A stretch of DNA of 64,000 nt. Source: Zygnema circumcarinatum SAG 698-1b (Eukaryota > Plantae > Zygnematophyceae). Location of the stretch: the NCBI GenBank assembly GCA_037447605.1, contig CM074816.1, positions 883,873 through 947,872 of the forward strand, written 5' to 3'. Positions 22,881 to 35,738 of this stretch are shown piece by piece. The notes below the pieces were generated by a model. That model did not search any database and was not told the origin of the DNA. It was given only the letters and a program-made list of their open reading frames with translations. The position numbers were made by a program, and so were the translations under genes. Every line of letters begins with the position of its first letter. The stretch's first letter is position 1.

Positions 22881-25800
22881 CTAATCGCCCCACTTCCTCA
22901 AAACGCATTCAAGAAAATTGACAAGAACGAACTCACTATAGCCCATAAACATCATCACCACCATCATCATCGACGACGAGGAGGAATGGTTAACTTTTGG
23001 TGACTGAAATGAAAAGCGCTTAAGGAGCTCCCAAGTAAACTCGCTCCTTTGCAGGAAGGGACCTGCACAGGGCAGGGGGCGGCCGCACAGGGCAGTCAGA
23101 ACCGCCCTGCAAAAGGTCCATTGTTTAAAATGAAGATTAAGATTTTTACCATTAAAAAATATTACTATTAGGGAGGGACATTTTTGAAGTGCGCACATTC
23201 CATTGAGAGCCGCCAGCACATCTTTTTCGAAGTTGAGAGGGTCTGCCGCCGGCTTATAGCGGCGAATAGGATTGCCCTCGCGGTCGATGAGGAACTGCAG
23301 CAAGCGAGGGAGGGAGGGAGAGAGGGAGGGAGGGAGAGGGAGGGAGGGAGGGAGGGAGAGAGGGAGAGGGAGGGAGGGAGGAAGCGGGTCAGCGCACTGG
23401 CTTGACTCACAGGGCTTAGTCGAGTCATCATTTTTACCCCCCCCCCAAAAAAGGCGGACTAGTCCTTAGTCAAACTAATCCAACTAAGACTTAGGGTATT
23501 TAGGGTGAGGAAGTTGACAGGAAGTAAAGCTCAAACTAACCGTGCTGGGTTTCACTTGATACTGTAAAGTGATCGAAATAGCTTCGAAGGATAAGACTTA
23601 GCGAAGAAAAAAAAAACGGTTTTGTGCCCTTACCTTTACATAGTTCCACTGCGTGGTTCCGCGAAACCGGTTTTTGAAGCAATATTTTTTTTTGCCAAAT
23701 ATGTCACATGTCACATTCACCAGCAATCCAAATCCCATACAATAAGCACAAGATACAATATTATCTGATTTTTGAAATTTAATCACTTTCAGAAGCAATC
23801 GATCATTTGAAGAATTTTGGTTCTAGGGTCTGTCCCATTTTTAGGGTTTCCAGGCTCACCTCTATCTCCCCGGGCTGCCTCTTTTTGAGAAATCCGTACA
23901 GAGGATGCATTCCGGGCCCCTTCACTTCCAGCTGCTCCCTCTCCACTCCCTCTCTCTCTCTCACTACACATGCTTCCCTTACATAGAAATACTGGAAAAT
24001 GCAAAGCTGTTTCATTCGTAGGACTTTTATCTTTTAGGGTTTTATGCTTTAGAGGACACCCGAGTTGGGATGTATGGAGAGAGGAAAGAAAAGGTCGAAG
24101 AGGGAGGAGGGGAGGGAGGAAGGATGAGCAAAGGGGAGAGAGAGAAGGGAGGAGAGTGGGAAGGGAGACGCAGAAGAGGGTAGAGAGAGAAGGGAAAGGG
24201 AGGAGTTACCTTATCGAATACTGGGAACTGAAAGAAGTGAGGCCATTCGCACAGAGAGAAACGAACCACATAGAACTGTTAGGAATTCCGGAACCCTAAT
24301 TTTGTGCAGACACCATCTCTTCATGATGAACTTTAGAACATTCTTCCATTTTGAAAACATGAAAGGAATAGATAGGAACGATACGATGCATTGCTGCTAT
24401 CAAAATCATTGAAATTTTAAAAGCAATTTATCTTTTTCGCATGGAGGACACAGGAAGGATTGATTCGATATTCAATATATATGTATCGAAATAATTCGAA
24501 ACAAATAATAATAATTCGATATTGTGAATGCGAAACACATAGACAGTGAGGCAAACTGTCTGACCTCAAATCCAAACTTGTAGTACGCATATTCCCGCTC
24601 TTCATCGCTTGACCCCGGAGCCTGCCCCCCAAACTGAAACCCTAATTCTGCAAATTGTGAGAAACCTTAAAAGATTCAAGTTCCTTTAAAATTTCATGCC
24701 CCTCCTTTTCGAATACAGTCCTACAATATTTAACAATTTGTGTATTGTCCAGCGAAGCTTAATCATCCATTCAGACCCCGGGTCTAGGAGGGCAGTCCCT
24801 GCTTGCATGGCTCAAGCAAGTTCAAGTCAAGAAGGTGAGAAGTAGATGATTTTTGAGAGCCTAAAAACCTAAAATATAGATAAAGATTTGAAAGCCTTTG
24901 CTTCTTACCTGGTTGCAGGGGAAGGCAAGCAACGTGAACCCCTGTAACCCATTTTTTACAGATAGAACGAGTAGGAACAATCTTCAGAAAGGGTCTGTAG
25001 AGGAATGCTTTCAAGCCATGAAAATGCTCAAACTTTAACAAACAAAAAAAATGCAGTTGAAACACCACACCATGTGGTAAGACTGTGCAGCATCGACCAA
25101 AGTAAACAAGTGAGACAGGAGAACAGGTTTAACACAACAGCTCAAGAAGGAAGAGAGAGAAGGAAGAGAGAGTGAGAGAGGGAGATGATAGAGGGAGAGA
25201 GAGAGGGAGAGGGAGAGGGAGAGGGCGAGGGAGAGCACGGAATATATGGCTCACCTGGTCTCGATACTTATTCCACAAGTACCGCAGACCTGCACTCGCC
25301 CACTCTCACATCTCAGAAAGGACAGAAAGAAACAGCGATGCAGGCCGAGATCTCAGTATGTCGCTGTGATTTTAAAATGCAAAATTGACCAAATAATGGA
25401 AAAAAACCGGTCGTAGCCTGCTGCTTCCTTGCTTCAAGTACATGCGATTATCTATAGAGTTGCATTATTCAGAGAGCAAGAAAGGACCTGGATAGTTCTG
25501 CACAACAAAGCAGCACAAGAGAGATATGATAAGGGCCAGGAATACGACCGAAAGAACAAGCACGGAATCTCATATTACATCTATATCCATCTGAGGAGCA
25601 ATAAGATAGTTTCCATTCCTATAACCCTTTACTGCAGGCTAGGGATCAAGAGCCCTGCATGTTTATAATGAGCAGATTGCATTCCCTCTCACCACGTTCT
25701 GCAGAGGTCAGGCAGAAGCGATGTTCATCACAACGGACACCTGTCAAGGCACGCATTTGAAAACAGGGAAATAGAACGTTACTGAAAATTCTTAGCCCAA

Positions 25801-27434
25801 GTACAAGAAATTTTCCTTAACAGTAACAAACCAGCCTCCTGAGTTAGTACTACGCAGGGAATATCCTGAGAGAAATGGGGATGCAGAGTAGTGCATAGGA
25901 AGTCTCTTTGGCTTTTAGGGTTCCGGCTTAGGGCTTCGGACTATTGCATGAAAGCAGGCATACCATGTTCTTGTATGGCGAAAGAGGCGCGTCCTCCTCC
26001 TTGTACGTCATGGTGAAGTCATACACCGACTTTACCTCACCACCTTCAGCAACTGAAACGAAAGCAAGACGACAAAGACATCTTAGAAGAACGTACACCT
26101 GGCATTGAATCCAAACTCGCCCTCTACACATGAAATGGAAAGGACGAGAAAAAACAAGCAGGGCAAGTGGCCCATGGTTCCATGTACATACAGAAGTTCT
26201 CAGAAAATAGGCTGCAGTATGCATGTGTGTGGGGTAAAGAGTGAGTGAGAGAGAGTGAGAGACAGAGACGGAGAGAGGGGGGGAGAGAGAGAGGGGGGAG
26301 GGGGAGGGGGGGAACGAGGGAAAGTGAGGGAGGGGGAGGGAGAGAGAGAGGGAGCGAGGGAGCGAGGGAGAGACGGAGAGGGGGAGAGAGAGAGAGAGAC
26401 GAAGAAAGAGGGAGAGAGGACGAGCATGAGAGCGGGAAGAGAGAGGGAGGGAGGCAGAGGGGGAGCGGGATAGATGGACAGGGACAGGGAGAATGAGAGG
26501 GGAAGAGAAAGAGAGACAGAGTGAGAGATGCACATACCAGTCGTTCCTTTCATGCGGCCACATACCTTGGGGAAGAAGCAGAGGGGAGAAAATAGAAATT
26601 CCGGTGGCTCCTGCTGCCAAAAGAGCGTCCCTTCTTTGCAAGCCCTTCTCCAAAGGCTCTCCGTCCGGGCCCAGTAGAGAGGCTCCCTTGGAGACGGACG
26701 CGCCTCTTGTATCATGTTTGGAGACTTTCGAAGAAGCTGCAGTAACCCTTGCAGCTGCTCCGCAGCCATGAATAGGGATGGAGAGCCTGGCTGGCTTCAA
26801 ATTACGGACTGCAAAACGAAATTACATAAAATTTTACAATTAAAAAATAATAGCGAAGGAAAGGAAAACGAAGCGGACGTCACTATTGGGGGTGATATTC
26901 ACGAATGTTGAGTGCAGGTGAAGTGAAAACATAGTTACATGATATCATACACGTGAGTGAATGTATAGTTGTGTGAGTGGTGATGCGTTTCCATATGAGA
27001 TCGTCATGTTATGCATGCGCAAGGAATCTTAAACCTGTGCTATACACACGTACATTTTCGTGTATCCTGTTTAAAAAATGGAACTCTTTTCATGTAGAAA
27101 CAGACAGACTTTAAGACATTTCCGCCGCCATTCACATTGCATAAGACTACGCTATTATTTTTCCTGCAAAATAAAACTATCAGTAATACAAGTGCAGAAT
27201 TTTCCTGGTTCAGACCACGAACTCGGCGCTTCAGTGCGTGGTTAAGCCTTCTGACACTAAAAGCAGCTGAAAAGGAGAGAGAGAGAGGAAAGAGAGAGAG
27301 AGAAGAGAGAGAGAAAGGAAAGAGAGAGAGAGAAGAGTGAGAGATAAAGGGAGAGAGAAAGAGACGTCACCATTGAGCTCGATGGCAGGAGCGAGCACTG
27401 CAGCGGGCGGGCGCCCCCCGCAGAGGGAAGCCAT
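22881..27434 (-). CDS. GPX: Selenocysteine glutathione peroxidase with plastid transit and twin-arginine signal (about 13 exons)
   Basis: Exons: 27434-27371, possibly about 27271-27218, about 26811-26566, 26052-25964, 25740-25693, 25497-25488, 25289-25255, 24941-24909, about 24634-24566, 24227-24210, 23931-23860, 23648-23634, 23294 onward. Protein: ..QRRDALLAAG..VAEGGEVKSVYDF..VMNIASA(U)[56 protein letters not shown]. The in-frame TGA at 25710-25708 occupies the catalytic position. The last exon and stop are uncertain. Confidence 0.92.
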
Positions 27435-28282
27435 GGCTACCGCGCTACTGCTCTCCTCCCTCCCTCCCTCCCGGAGAGGAAGGCAGAGGTCCATCGTCCG
27501 TACACCATTCCGTACGGTTCTCCCTGAATCCAGTCGTCTACCGTACGACACGGCATGTTAGTCGTGTTTGCATACGTCAGGTCAGTGAGTACACGTGGCG
27601 TACGTATGACCGTCAATCTGCGGATCGAACGGTCCCCGCGGCCTCCCTCAAACGCTTGCACGATTTCGGAGCCGTTCGCTTAATTCGTGGTTTCCGAAAG
27701 GGACACGAATGGAGCGAGTAGCAAAGCAGAGGGGAATGAATGAATGAATGCCCATCCTGATGTTGTCCATGTACATTTGATGGCCTCACCATCGTGAGAT
27801 CAATAGGGAGGGTCAGACATTAACCGTGGCCATACTAAATTCCCAAATTTAGTATACTAAAAGTCAACGTTTCTTGTACGAATTCTGGGTCGGGATCCGC
27901 GGCTTCGCCGGACACAGCCGTACCGAAATGCGTACGTACAGCCAGGGGTCCTCATATTTTCCACACTGGTTTTGGCCAATAATATGAGGCGAAAATATTG
28001 ATTTTGCATATATAAGGTTCGTGTTACCAATAGACGGGCGGTATTATGTTAGAGTTTATGTTGGACCGTACGTATCGTACCGTAATATATAGCGTATCGT
28101 ACTGTATCGGCTACTACAGCTCGTACGGCTAGTACGGATAGTGCCGTATCGGGGCGTTTCGTGTCGTACCATATCGTATCGTATCGTATCGTATCGTATT
28201 GAATCCAAGAAGAAGGGTAGAAGAGCGAGCGCCTCTTACGGCGGCACGTGCGGGGAGATTAGGTGAGTTTTGCGTAAGCCTG

Positions 28283-29254
28283 TGTAGCACAAGATAAGTG
28301 GGGTTAAAAGGAGATTGCTGAGCTAGTCGCAGATGCTGTACGGCCACCCGAGCGTCCGTGCTGAAACTGACGTAAGGTTGGGGTGGTGCTGTGGGTCTGC
28401 CTGCAGCATAGAGCCAGGATCCGGGGGATTCAGAGGTACGCGCAGCGGAAGACGTAGGGATTNNNNNNNNNNCCCTTCCTTGGGGACCCTCCTCCCCTGT
28501 CCTCTCCTCGGCTAGTCTCTTAGCTAGGCTTCTAGTGATCATTGGTCATTGAGAGTAATGCAAGGCAGGATAGAGCAAGATAGGGGCTTGGCATAGTGAC
28601 AGCAGAGGGAAAACAGGACACAACTTAGATAAAGGTGGTATTTTGGAAACTCACCCCAGCCAACGGTTGGCTGGGGAATGTCATTACAATGAACGCCTTC
28701 ACCGGGAAATCTTTGTCTAATCGCTGAATGGGACGCCTAAATGCTATCGCAAGAAGAAGACTCTTTCTCTCTCTCTCTCTCTCTATCTATGGCATGGAAC
28801 TCTCTCTCTCCCCTTACTTAGCATCTGTTGCCAGAATCGAAGAGGAAGGAAAAGAAGAAAGAAGAACAAGACAACAAACCACACAGCAAATACAAAATAC
28901 TGCTTCAGCACTAAAAGACAAACAAGCATCACCGACATCCCATCTACTTAACACCCATACCAGATCTTGAGTCTTGCAGTGACAGTCCCCTCGACACAAT
29001 TGCCACCGAGGCCTGACTGACTACGCGGAGCCTCTCGGATAGGTCAATCTAATGATAATCGGGCGCCTTAGGCGTGTTCCTGAGTAGCGCCTTGCTGGAT
29101 GGTGTGTCGCCGCGGGCCGCCAACACATGGCGCCGCCTTCTCGCATCCTCCGTTGGCAGCTCCTGGATTCCGCTGATCCGTGACACGGAAGAGGCATATG
29201 TCAAGTACAATTGAACTGACGCAGATCCGTCGAACGCAGCTCCGTTACGCTACA
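28283..29254 (-). repeat. 3' LTR of gypsy element 1 (TGTAGC...TGTGCTACA)
   Basis: Homologous to 35751-36728, 37435-38433 and 59852-60838; has the terminal inverted repeat TGTAGC/GCTACA. Confidence 0.9.
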
Positions 29255-32200
29255 TCTGTAGCACATGCCGGGGGGGGGAAAACAAGCGCACGCCCCTGCG
29301 GGCGCAATGAAGAAGAGACAAAGGGCATGGAAGGAGCCAATGATGACGTGGACGGGGGGCCGCGTGAGGCGAGTCGGTGGCCGTGTGGAGAAGCTGCCGC
29401 GTACATTCGGCAATGGGGAGTATCGGCATGACCGCATCGGAAGAGACGGCCGGCTGGCGAAATGTTGGCGAAGTGGCAAAAAGTGGCGGGAATTAGAAAT
29501 GGACCAATGAGGAGTCGTCATGGCAGGGGGGGTACGGAGGATGCCGCGCTGTCGGTCGCGAACGGTCAGCCATCGCTGGCAGGAACCGCCACGTGGCCGG
29601 CACGATGGCGCGATCCAGCGCTACGCCAGCCCGTGCCATGAGAGTCAGGGCCCTCCGCAATGGGGGCGCTCAACCCGGGATCTCCACTGGCTCAGCAGAC
29701 TAAGGGGCCCTGACCACGGGGAGCCCGCCAGCCGGTTGACCAATTCCTGAGCCAAATGAGCTTGATGTGGCGCTACCTTGACTGGGCGAGAGGGACTGTG
29801 CGGCGCCTCCTAAGCTCGGTGAGTTGTCGCTCAACGCTCGTCGAGGTGGTGGGAGGCCATGGAATCTAGGGTTTGGAAGTGGAGGGCCAGGAGCTGAAGC
29901 TGGGCGACCCGATCCGGGGGAGGCGCGTCATCGTGGAAGAGGGGCTCAGCAGAGAGGAGGTCAAGGGGAATGCGGGGCTTACGGCCATAGAGGAGCTCGT
30001 AGGGAGAGAAGCCCGTGAGGAGTGGACGGAGGCATCACACGTGAAGACCAGGATGGATCGCGCGAGCCCGCCTGCAGCGCCAGCCGCGGACGCACGCACC
30101 CCCGGTTGCCCGATGGCACGTTCTGCAAGCCGATTCTGCCAGGGGGAGAAGGGGCTCAGAGGTGTGGTGATGACTGTTAAGCTCTGCAGGAGCTAAATGC
30201 CCCTTGTATTTGGTGCCATTGTCAGTGACAGCAGTAGGAGAGATAGTGCGGTGACCATGGCCGCCAGGAGGCGAGCAGAGTGGATGGAGATGCTGAGGTC
30301 CTGCGATGAACTTCTACTCACTTGGTGGTACCTGTCCACGTGAGGAAGACCCGGACAGCCCATAGGGGTGCTGAGCCCTGGGGGATAGAAAGGACGATGT
30401 TCCAGTTCGTGACGCCTCGCATGGGGATCTCACCCATCTCCAGGGGGTTGATGGTTCGGCAGGGAGAAGCGCTTTGTGCGGCTTAACGAGGATGTTTCCG
30501 ATGTAATGGCTTACCGTGCCATGGCAGGCCTGTGATAATAGTGCCTCCCTGGAGGCAGGCGACCATCTCTTCCGCCAAGGCGAACCCCGCTGGCTTGATC
30601 GCAACATCCAGAATCTCCATGCGTTCATTGGGGAAAGGAACAGGAAGGCCAGAGGGGAGGTACAGTATCTGTCCGTCATCATCAACAGAGAAGTGCCGAG
30701 CGCGGCGGAGCAGCCGAGCCCGCTTGGTGTCCGTGACAAAGGGGGGTAATGTGCGGGTCATGACGTAGCGCAGAAGGGAGGAGTCTGAATGGACGTCATT
30801 GGCGCTGGGGAAATGGGGAGGAAGTAAGGGAGCGTCGCCATCGTCATCCATGAGGAGTTCCCACGGATCCGCATGGGGGTGGCCGTGGGTGAAGTCAGGG
30901 TCCTCCCAGCGATGGAGGGTGGTGGCGGTGGCCGGAATATCGATCAGCCCATCTGCGAATAGGACATCATGCAGGGCTTGAGCGGCAATAAAAATCTCAA
31001 TGGGAAGATGCTCAGGGTTCAAGAGGGTGGGTGGAGGGATGGGTTCAGGAACGGCCGGATCGTGACAGAGGAGGGGAGCCGAAGGATTGCGACTGAGGCC
31101 ATCAGCATTGCCGTGACTACGGCCGGGACGGTGAGTGACTTTGAGTACATTGTACTCCTCCAACTTCATCACCCATCGTGCAAACTTAGGGCGTAGGGTA
31201 GCCATAATGTGCAGCCAGGTGAGGGGCATGTGGTCAGTCCGGATGATAACGGGCTGGTAGGCCGTGAAGAGCTTGAACTTCTCGAGTGCCCAGAGGATAG
31301 CCGCGGCCTCACCCTCAGTAGGGCTGTACTTGGTCTCGGTTTCTGAACAAACCCTGCTAGCATAACTGACCGGGTGTTCCCCATCCGAGAATGCTTGACT
31401 GGCCACTGCCCCAAAGCCCGTCTGACTCCAGTCAGCGTCAATAATGGTGGGCAGGGTGGGGTCGAATTGATGCAGACAAGGAGCTATAGGGCACTCTGAG
31501 TGCGCGTGAAGGCCAAATCCTGCCCCGGCTCCATCGGTCTGGGATCTCCGTGCTCTCCAAGGCATGTAGGGGACGTGCAATAAGGGCATAGCCCTTGATG
31601 AACCGGCGATAGAATGAGGTGAGCCCCAAGAAGGACTTGAGCTGAGTGAGGGTCTAGAATTGGCATAAGGAGAAACCCCGTTTCAATTTGTCGAGCTATG
31701 GTTCCAGGCCATCTGATGCGAGGGCGGTGCCTGAGACTGAGTGATCTCTGCGCTGGACTCGGAGCTTTGGGGTGCAATCTTCAAACGTGCACTAATGAGC
31801 TGCGCAGGACTTGGCGTATGTGACCAGGTGGGAGGACCAGTCCTTGCTGTGGAGGGAGGCATCATCCACGTAAGGCTCGCAGAAGGCGCGACAGGGGCCG
31901 AATACTTGGTTGGCCAGGCGCTGGTGAGTCTGGCTGGAATTCTTGAGCCCAAAGGGAAGCACTGTCCACTGCACGAAGCGTGTGGCTGTGCGCAGCCCTG
32001 TCTTGCAGCGATCGGCCTGCCGCAGGGGGATCTGCCAGAAGGCTTTCTGCATGTCAAGTGCCGAGATGATCGACTTATCAGGGGAGACGCCGTGGACAAT
32101 TAGGTCCACATTTGGTAATGTGTAGGGATTCTGACTCCCATTGCATTCAGTTTCCGGAGTCCCCACAGAAGCGAGTGTGCCATCCGGTTTTGCAGCACTG

Positions 32201-35200
32201 GGCTGCTCACGCCCTTCTCCAGGTTCCATCAGTCCTGAGTCGTTTCTGCAGTTTTGACCGCCGCTCCACATCGCCTTTGACGGGCGGAGCGGCAGGGAGT
32301 CATGGTCACCATGGGAGGTCATCCTGGCATCCATATGGTGCTCAATCAGGTGGGTCTTGCCGATGTCAAGTGAATGTCGTGCGAAAACTAGGTGATTTCG
32401 GCGCAGCACTTGTCGTAGTTGAGAATGCTTGATCGTGTCTGAGAGTACTGCTGGCCCCAATCGCATCTGCGCCTCTATTTCCAGCCACTCCTCATCACTG
32501 ATGGTCTCATGGGGGGGAAAGCTGGGTGCAGGTAGCACTGGCGGCAACAGTTCTTCCGTCGACGCACCGAGAGCTGGACTCGGAGAAGAAGGAGGGGGAG
32601 TCTCGTCATCGGTATCAGAATTGGCCGATCCATGAGAAGAATGGGGGCTGCTGACTCGAAATGCATGGTGATTTTGCAGAGACCCGCCGCGCGTGGCGCC
32701 TGGGGAGGGCGGGAGACAGCATCTTTGAGGACCATGGGGAAGGAGCAGCTCGCCCGCAGGAGTACAAGTGCAGCTGACATGCATAAAGTTGATCGTGCTC
32801 CCATTCAATGAGCCAATTTGAGCTGGCTAGGATAGAATAGTGCGAGTGGCCGCCATGGCGCATTCACTGCTGGCTCCCATCCTCACACCGACTACCATTG
32901 TGGCGCTGCCCACCCCTTCACTAAGGCCCCCCCTCAACCCACATATCGGGGAACCGGGCTCGAGCGTCCTTGTCCAACCTGTTTCATCACAGGCCGGCAG
33001 AGGCAACGCGCGCATAGCCCCCGTGTCGATCATGGCTTTGCTGGGATGACCGTTGAGCCATACATTGACGATGATCCGCACGTTGGGCGTTGGGATGAGA
33101 GGGAGGATCTGAATCTGGCGAGGAGGATGGCGAGGGGAGCGGACTGGGTCCGGCGGAGACGCCGTAGCCATGTGGTGGATATCGGGCCGCGAGGGATGTC
33201 TGGAGGACATGCCACTGGAATGGGAGGCCGCAGGTGGCCTCGCAGCGCCAGCTTTTGAACCTACGGCGCACATCACGAGTCGGCACGATGGCGACAAGCA
33301 TGCGAGCCACGTTGCATGTAGTTGATGAACCATGCGTTTAATCAGGAGAGGCCGCTGCCGGGGGGAGTGGTCACGATCGGCTGCTTGGGGGTAGAAACGG
33401 GCTGCTCGAGGACGATGTGGAGGGTTGACGTGCATCTCTTCGGTCGCCGGTGGCGTCGGCTCTGGCTGCGCCGCTGTCGGCTCCTCTTCATTGAGATCTT
33501 CAATTTCCTCCTCAGGCAGGGATCCCAAGGGATGACCCGTGAAGGGAGGGATGACTGAAGTTCTTCCTGACAGGGTGGCTACCGTGGAGCTGTGTCCTTG
33601 AGAACCGCGCGAGACGCAGGAGGATGGGAGGGGATGGGGAGAATGAGGATCGCTTCGGTTGACAGGGAGCCTGCGCAGGGCAGTTGCAATCTCGGCAATC
33701 CGGGCTTGTGCATTAGCTTCAAAAGTGATGGGGGATTCTGACAAAGCCGGTTGAAATGCCGCGGCAACCTGGGCAGTGCGTGATCGGGCAGCAGGATCGG
33801 GCTCAGCACCCAATACGTTTGACAGGGAAGGGGAGTCCATGGGGTGCAGATGGATAGGTGGTCGCTGCAGGATGGTGTAAGCGGGTGAAGGAGGTGGAGG
33901 CGGGCGAAAGGGAGCTGGTGTTCTCGGTGGTGTGGGAGCAGCCGGGAGCATATCCATGAATGTGATCTCTGCAGGTGAGTTCCCTGCTGCTGCCTCTTTC
34001 CCCTTCCGGGCCTTCTCACTTGAGAGTCTCCGCATGCACACACGGGCATCGTGTCCCGTGATCTGGCAGAAGGTGCAGGTCCATGGTCCGCAACGCAGCC
34101 GCGGATTATGATTCAGGCCGCAGGCAAGACACACGCCCTCTGGAACCCCTGCCTCTGTCATCCGACGGCGCAGATCGGCCCTAGCAGCTTCTCTCTCTTC
34201 GGGTGTGCGATCGGAATAAGGTGGAGCCCGATATCCTGGACGAGAAACATCTGGTATGTGAGGATTCACCGCCGGCTCAATGGGATGCGCCGGATCATGA
34301 GGGTATGGGGAAATGTGAAGGGGCTTGATCGCGCTGGCTGACAGCGAGAGGGCTGCACCATAAGGGCTGCCCCCACGTCTGAGCAGGGATGCTGGAGAAG
34401 ATGGCTTGTTTTAGGAAGATGCAGCGAGTGATCACACATGCTGATCCTGTGTCTTCAGGACGCTGCAGAGGCCGACTCTGTTGTGGACCTGGGCGTTCAT
34501 GTAACGTGGTCGCACATGTCGGTTGCCCCTCATCCTTCCTGACGCTCCGCCCGCCCTAACAATGCCTGACCGTGGTGGTCGCTCAGTTTACGAATTGAGG
34601 CGGAGATCCTTCTTGCGATGGCCTTGGAACTACTGACACTTCGAAAAGTCAGGCAAGTTCTCGATTGATCGCCACGGCGCAGTAGTGCGCCGCCTGAATT
34701 CAAAGAGTTGCCTGATCACTGCAGCATTCTACGTAGCGAAGTTGGCTCAGCACAGCTGGTTCGCATTCTAAATCCAACGCTGCTCTGCAGCTGCTGAACG
34801 CGTCCCTTGTCAGGGTGGCGACGACATCTGCTTTGTGCCAGTTTCGGGACAGCTTCCAGTTGACTGCCTCGCCTTCCAGCGCTCCAAGGGCAAGCTTGAT
34901 CCACTGGTCCTCCTTCAGGTCTGCTTGCGCTGCCTTCTCCTCAAGGTGTCTCAGCCAAGACTCTGCATCTTCCTGCTTGCCGGTGAAGCCTCTAGTGATG
35001 ATGCCCGTGGTATCCCTCACCTCACTCTTTTCAGGAATCAAGGCTATCAGTTTTGTCATCACTCTTTTCCATCTGCCGGCAACTGACATTGACTCGTGTG
35101 TCTCCCGCAGGCCGGTTTGAAGTGCAGGGTCCATGCGACCGTCCTGCCCGCCCTGAAGCGCTCGCCTCGGACTGCGGAAATGGGCAAGTGTTAAGCGCAG

Positions 35201-35738
35201 GTGAGGGTGCTCTCATGATTCTTGCTCCGCTGAGTGACGCTGCCCTTGCAGTGCTTGAAGGGACTCCTGGTGTGCTAGTTATCCGATCGACACCCGCTGG
35301 GTCTGCCTCTGCGGGCGTGGGGACCTCAGGTTTGACGCATCTCTCTTCACGCATCGCGGCCGCTGTGGAGTGGGCCCTGGGGGGGGCTCTGCAGCTTGAC
35401 CATCGCGTGCGCACGCGAGGCGAGTTCTGTGGCCATTGTGACTGCGAGGACGGAGTCCGCTGCAACCTTCAATTGACTCCTCATCTGCTCAAGGTAAGCC
35501 AGACCGGTAAGAGTTCTTCGTTATGCCCATCTTCAGCCTCTCTTGACCGCCTCCTTCCTCTGAAATCGAATCCGTCTTGCATTTCCACTCGCCGCTCTTC
35601 TCCCTTGAGGTGCCAAGTCTTCATTTAATACTCATGAAGATCTGCTTGTCCCTCTTGCCGCAGTTCATCCATGGCGGCCGTGCATATGGGTTAGGATCGG
35701 AGCCTCATGTATCAAGATGCATCTGTACTTAACCTATA

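Noticed and set aside
25708-25710. GPX as a pseudogene with a premature stop
   Set aside because: The TGA is exactly at the catalytic residue, downstream exons and splice sites are intact, and a SECIS-like hairpin follows.
27943-27989. hAT-like terminus CAGGGGTCCTCA with a small CCTCATATT/AATATGAGG inverted repeat
   Set aside because: I found no matching opposite terminus or TSD.
29800-30700. Tyrosine recombinase (DIRS/Ngaro) explaining the split ends
   Set aside because: The region shows DDE integrase remnants (VTDNG, PWQN.LAER), the element has a tRNA PBS, and I saw no R-H-R-Y motifs.
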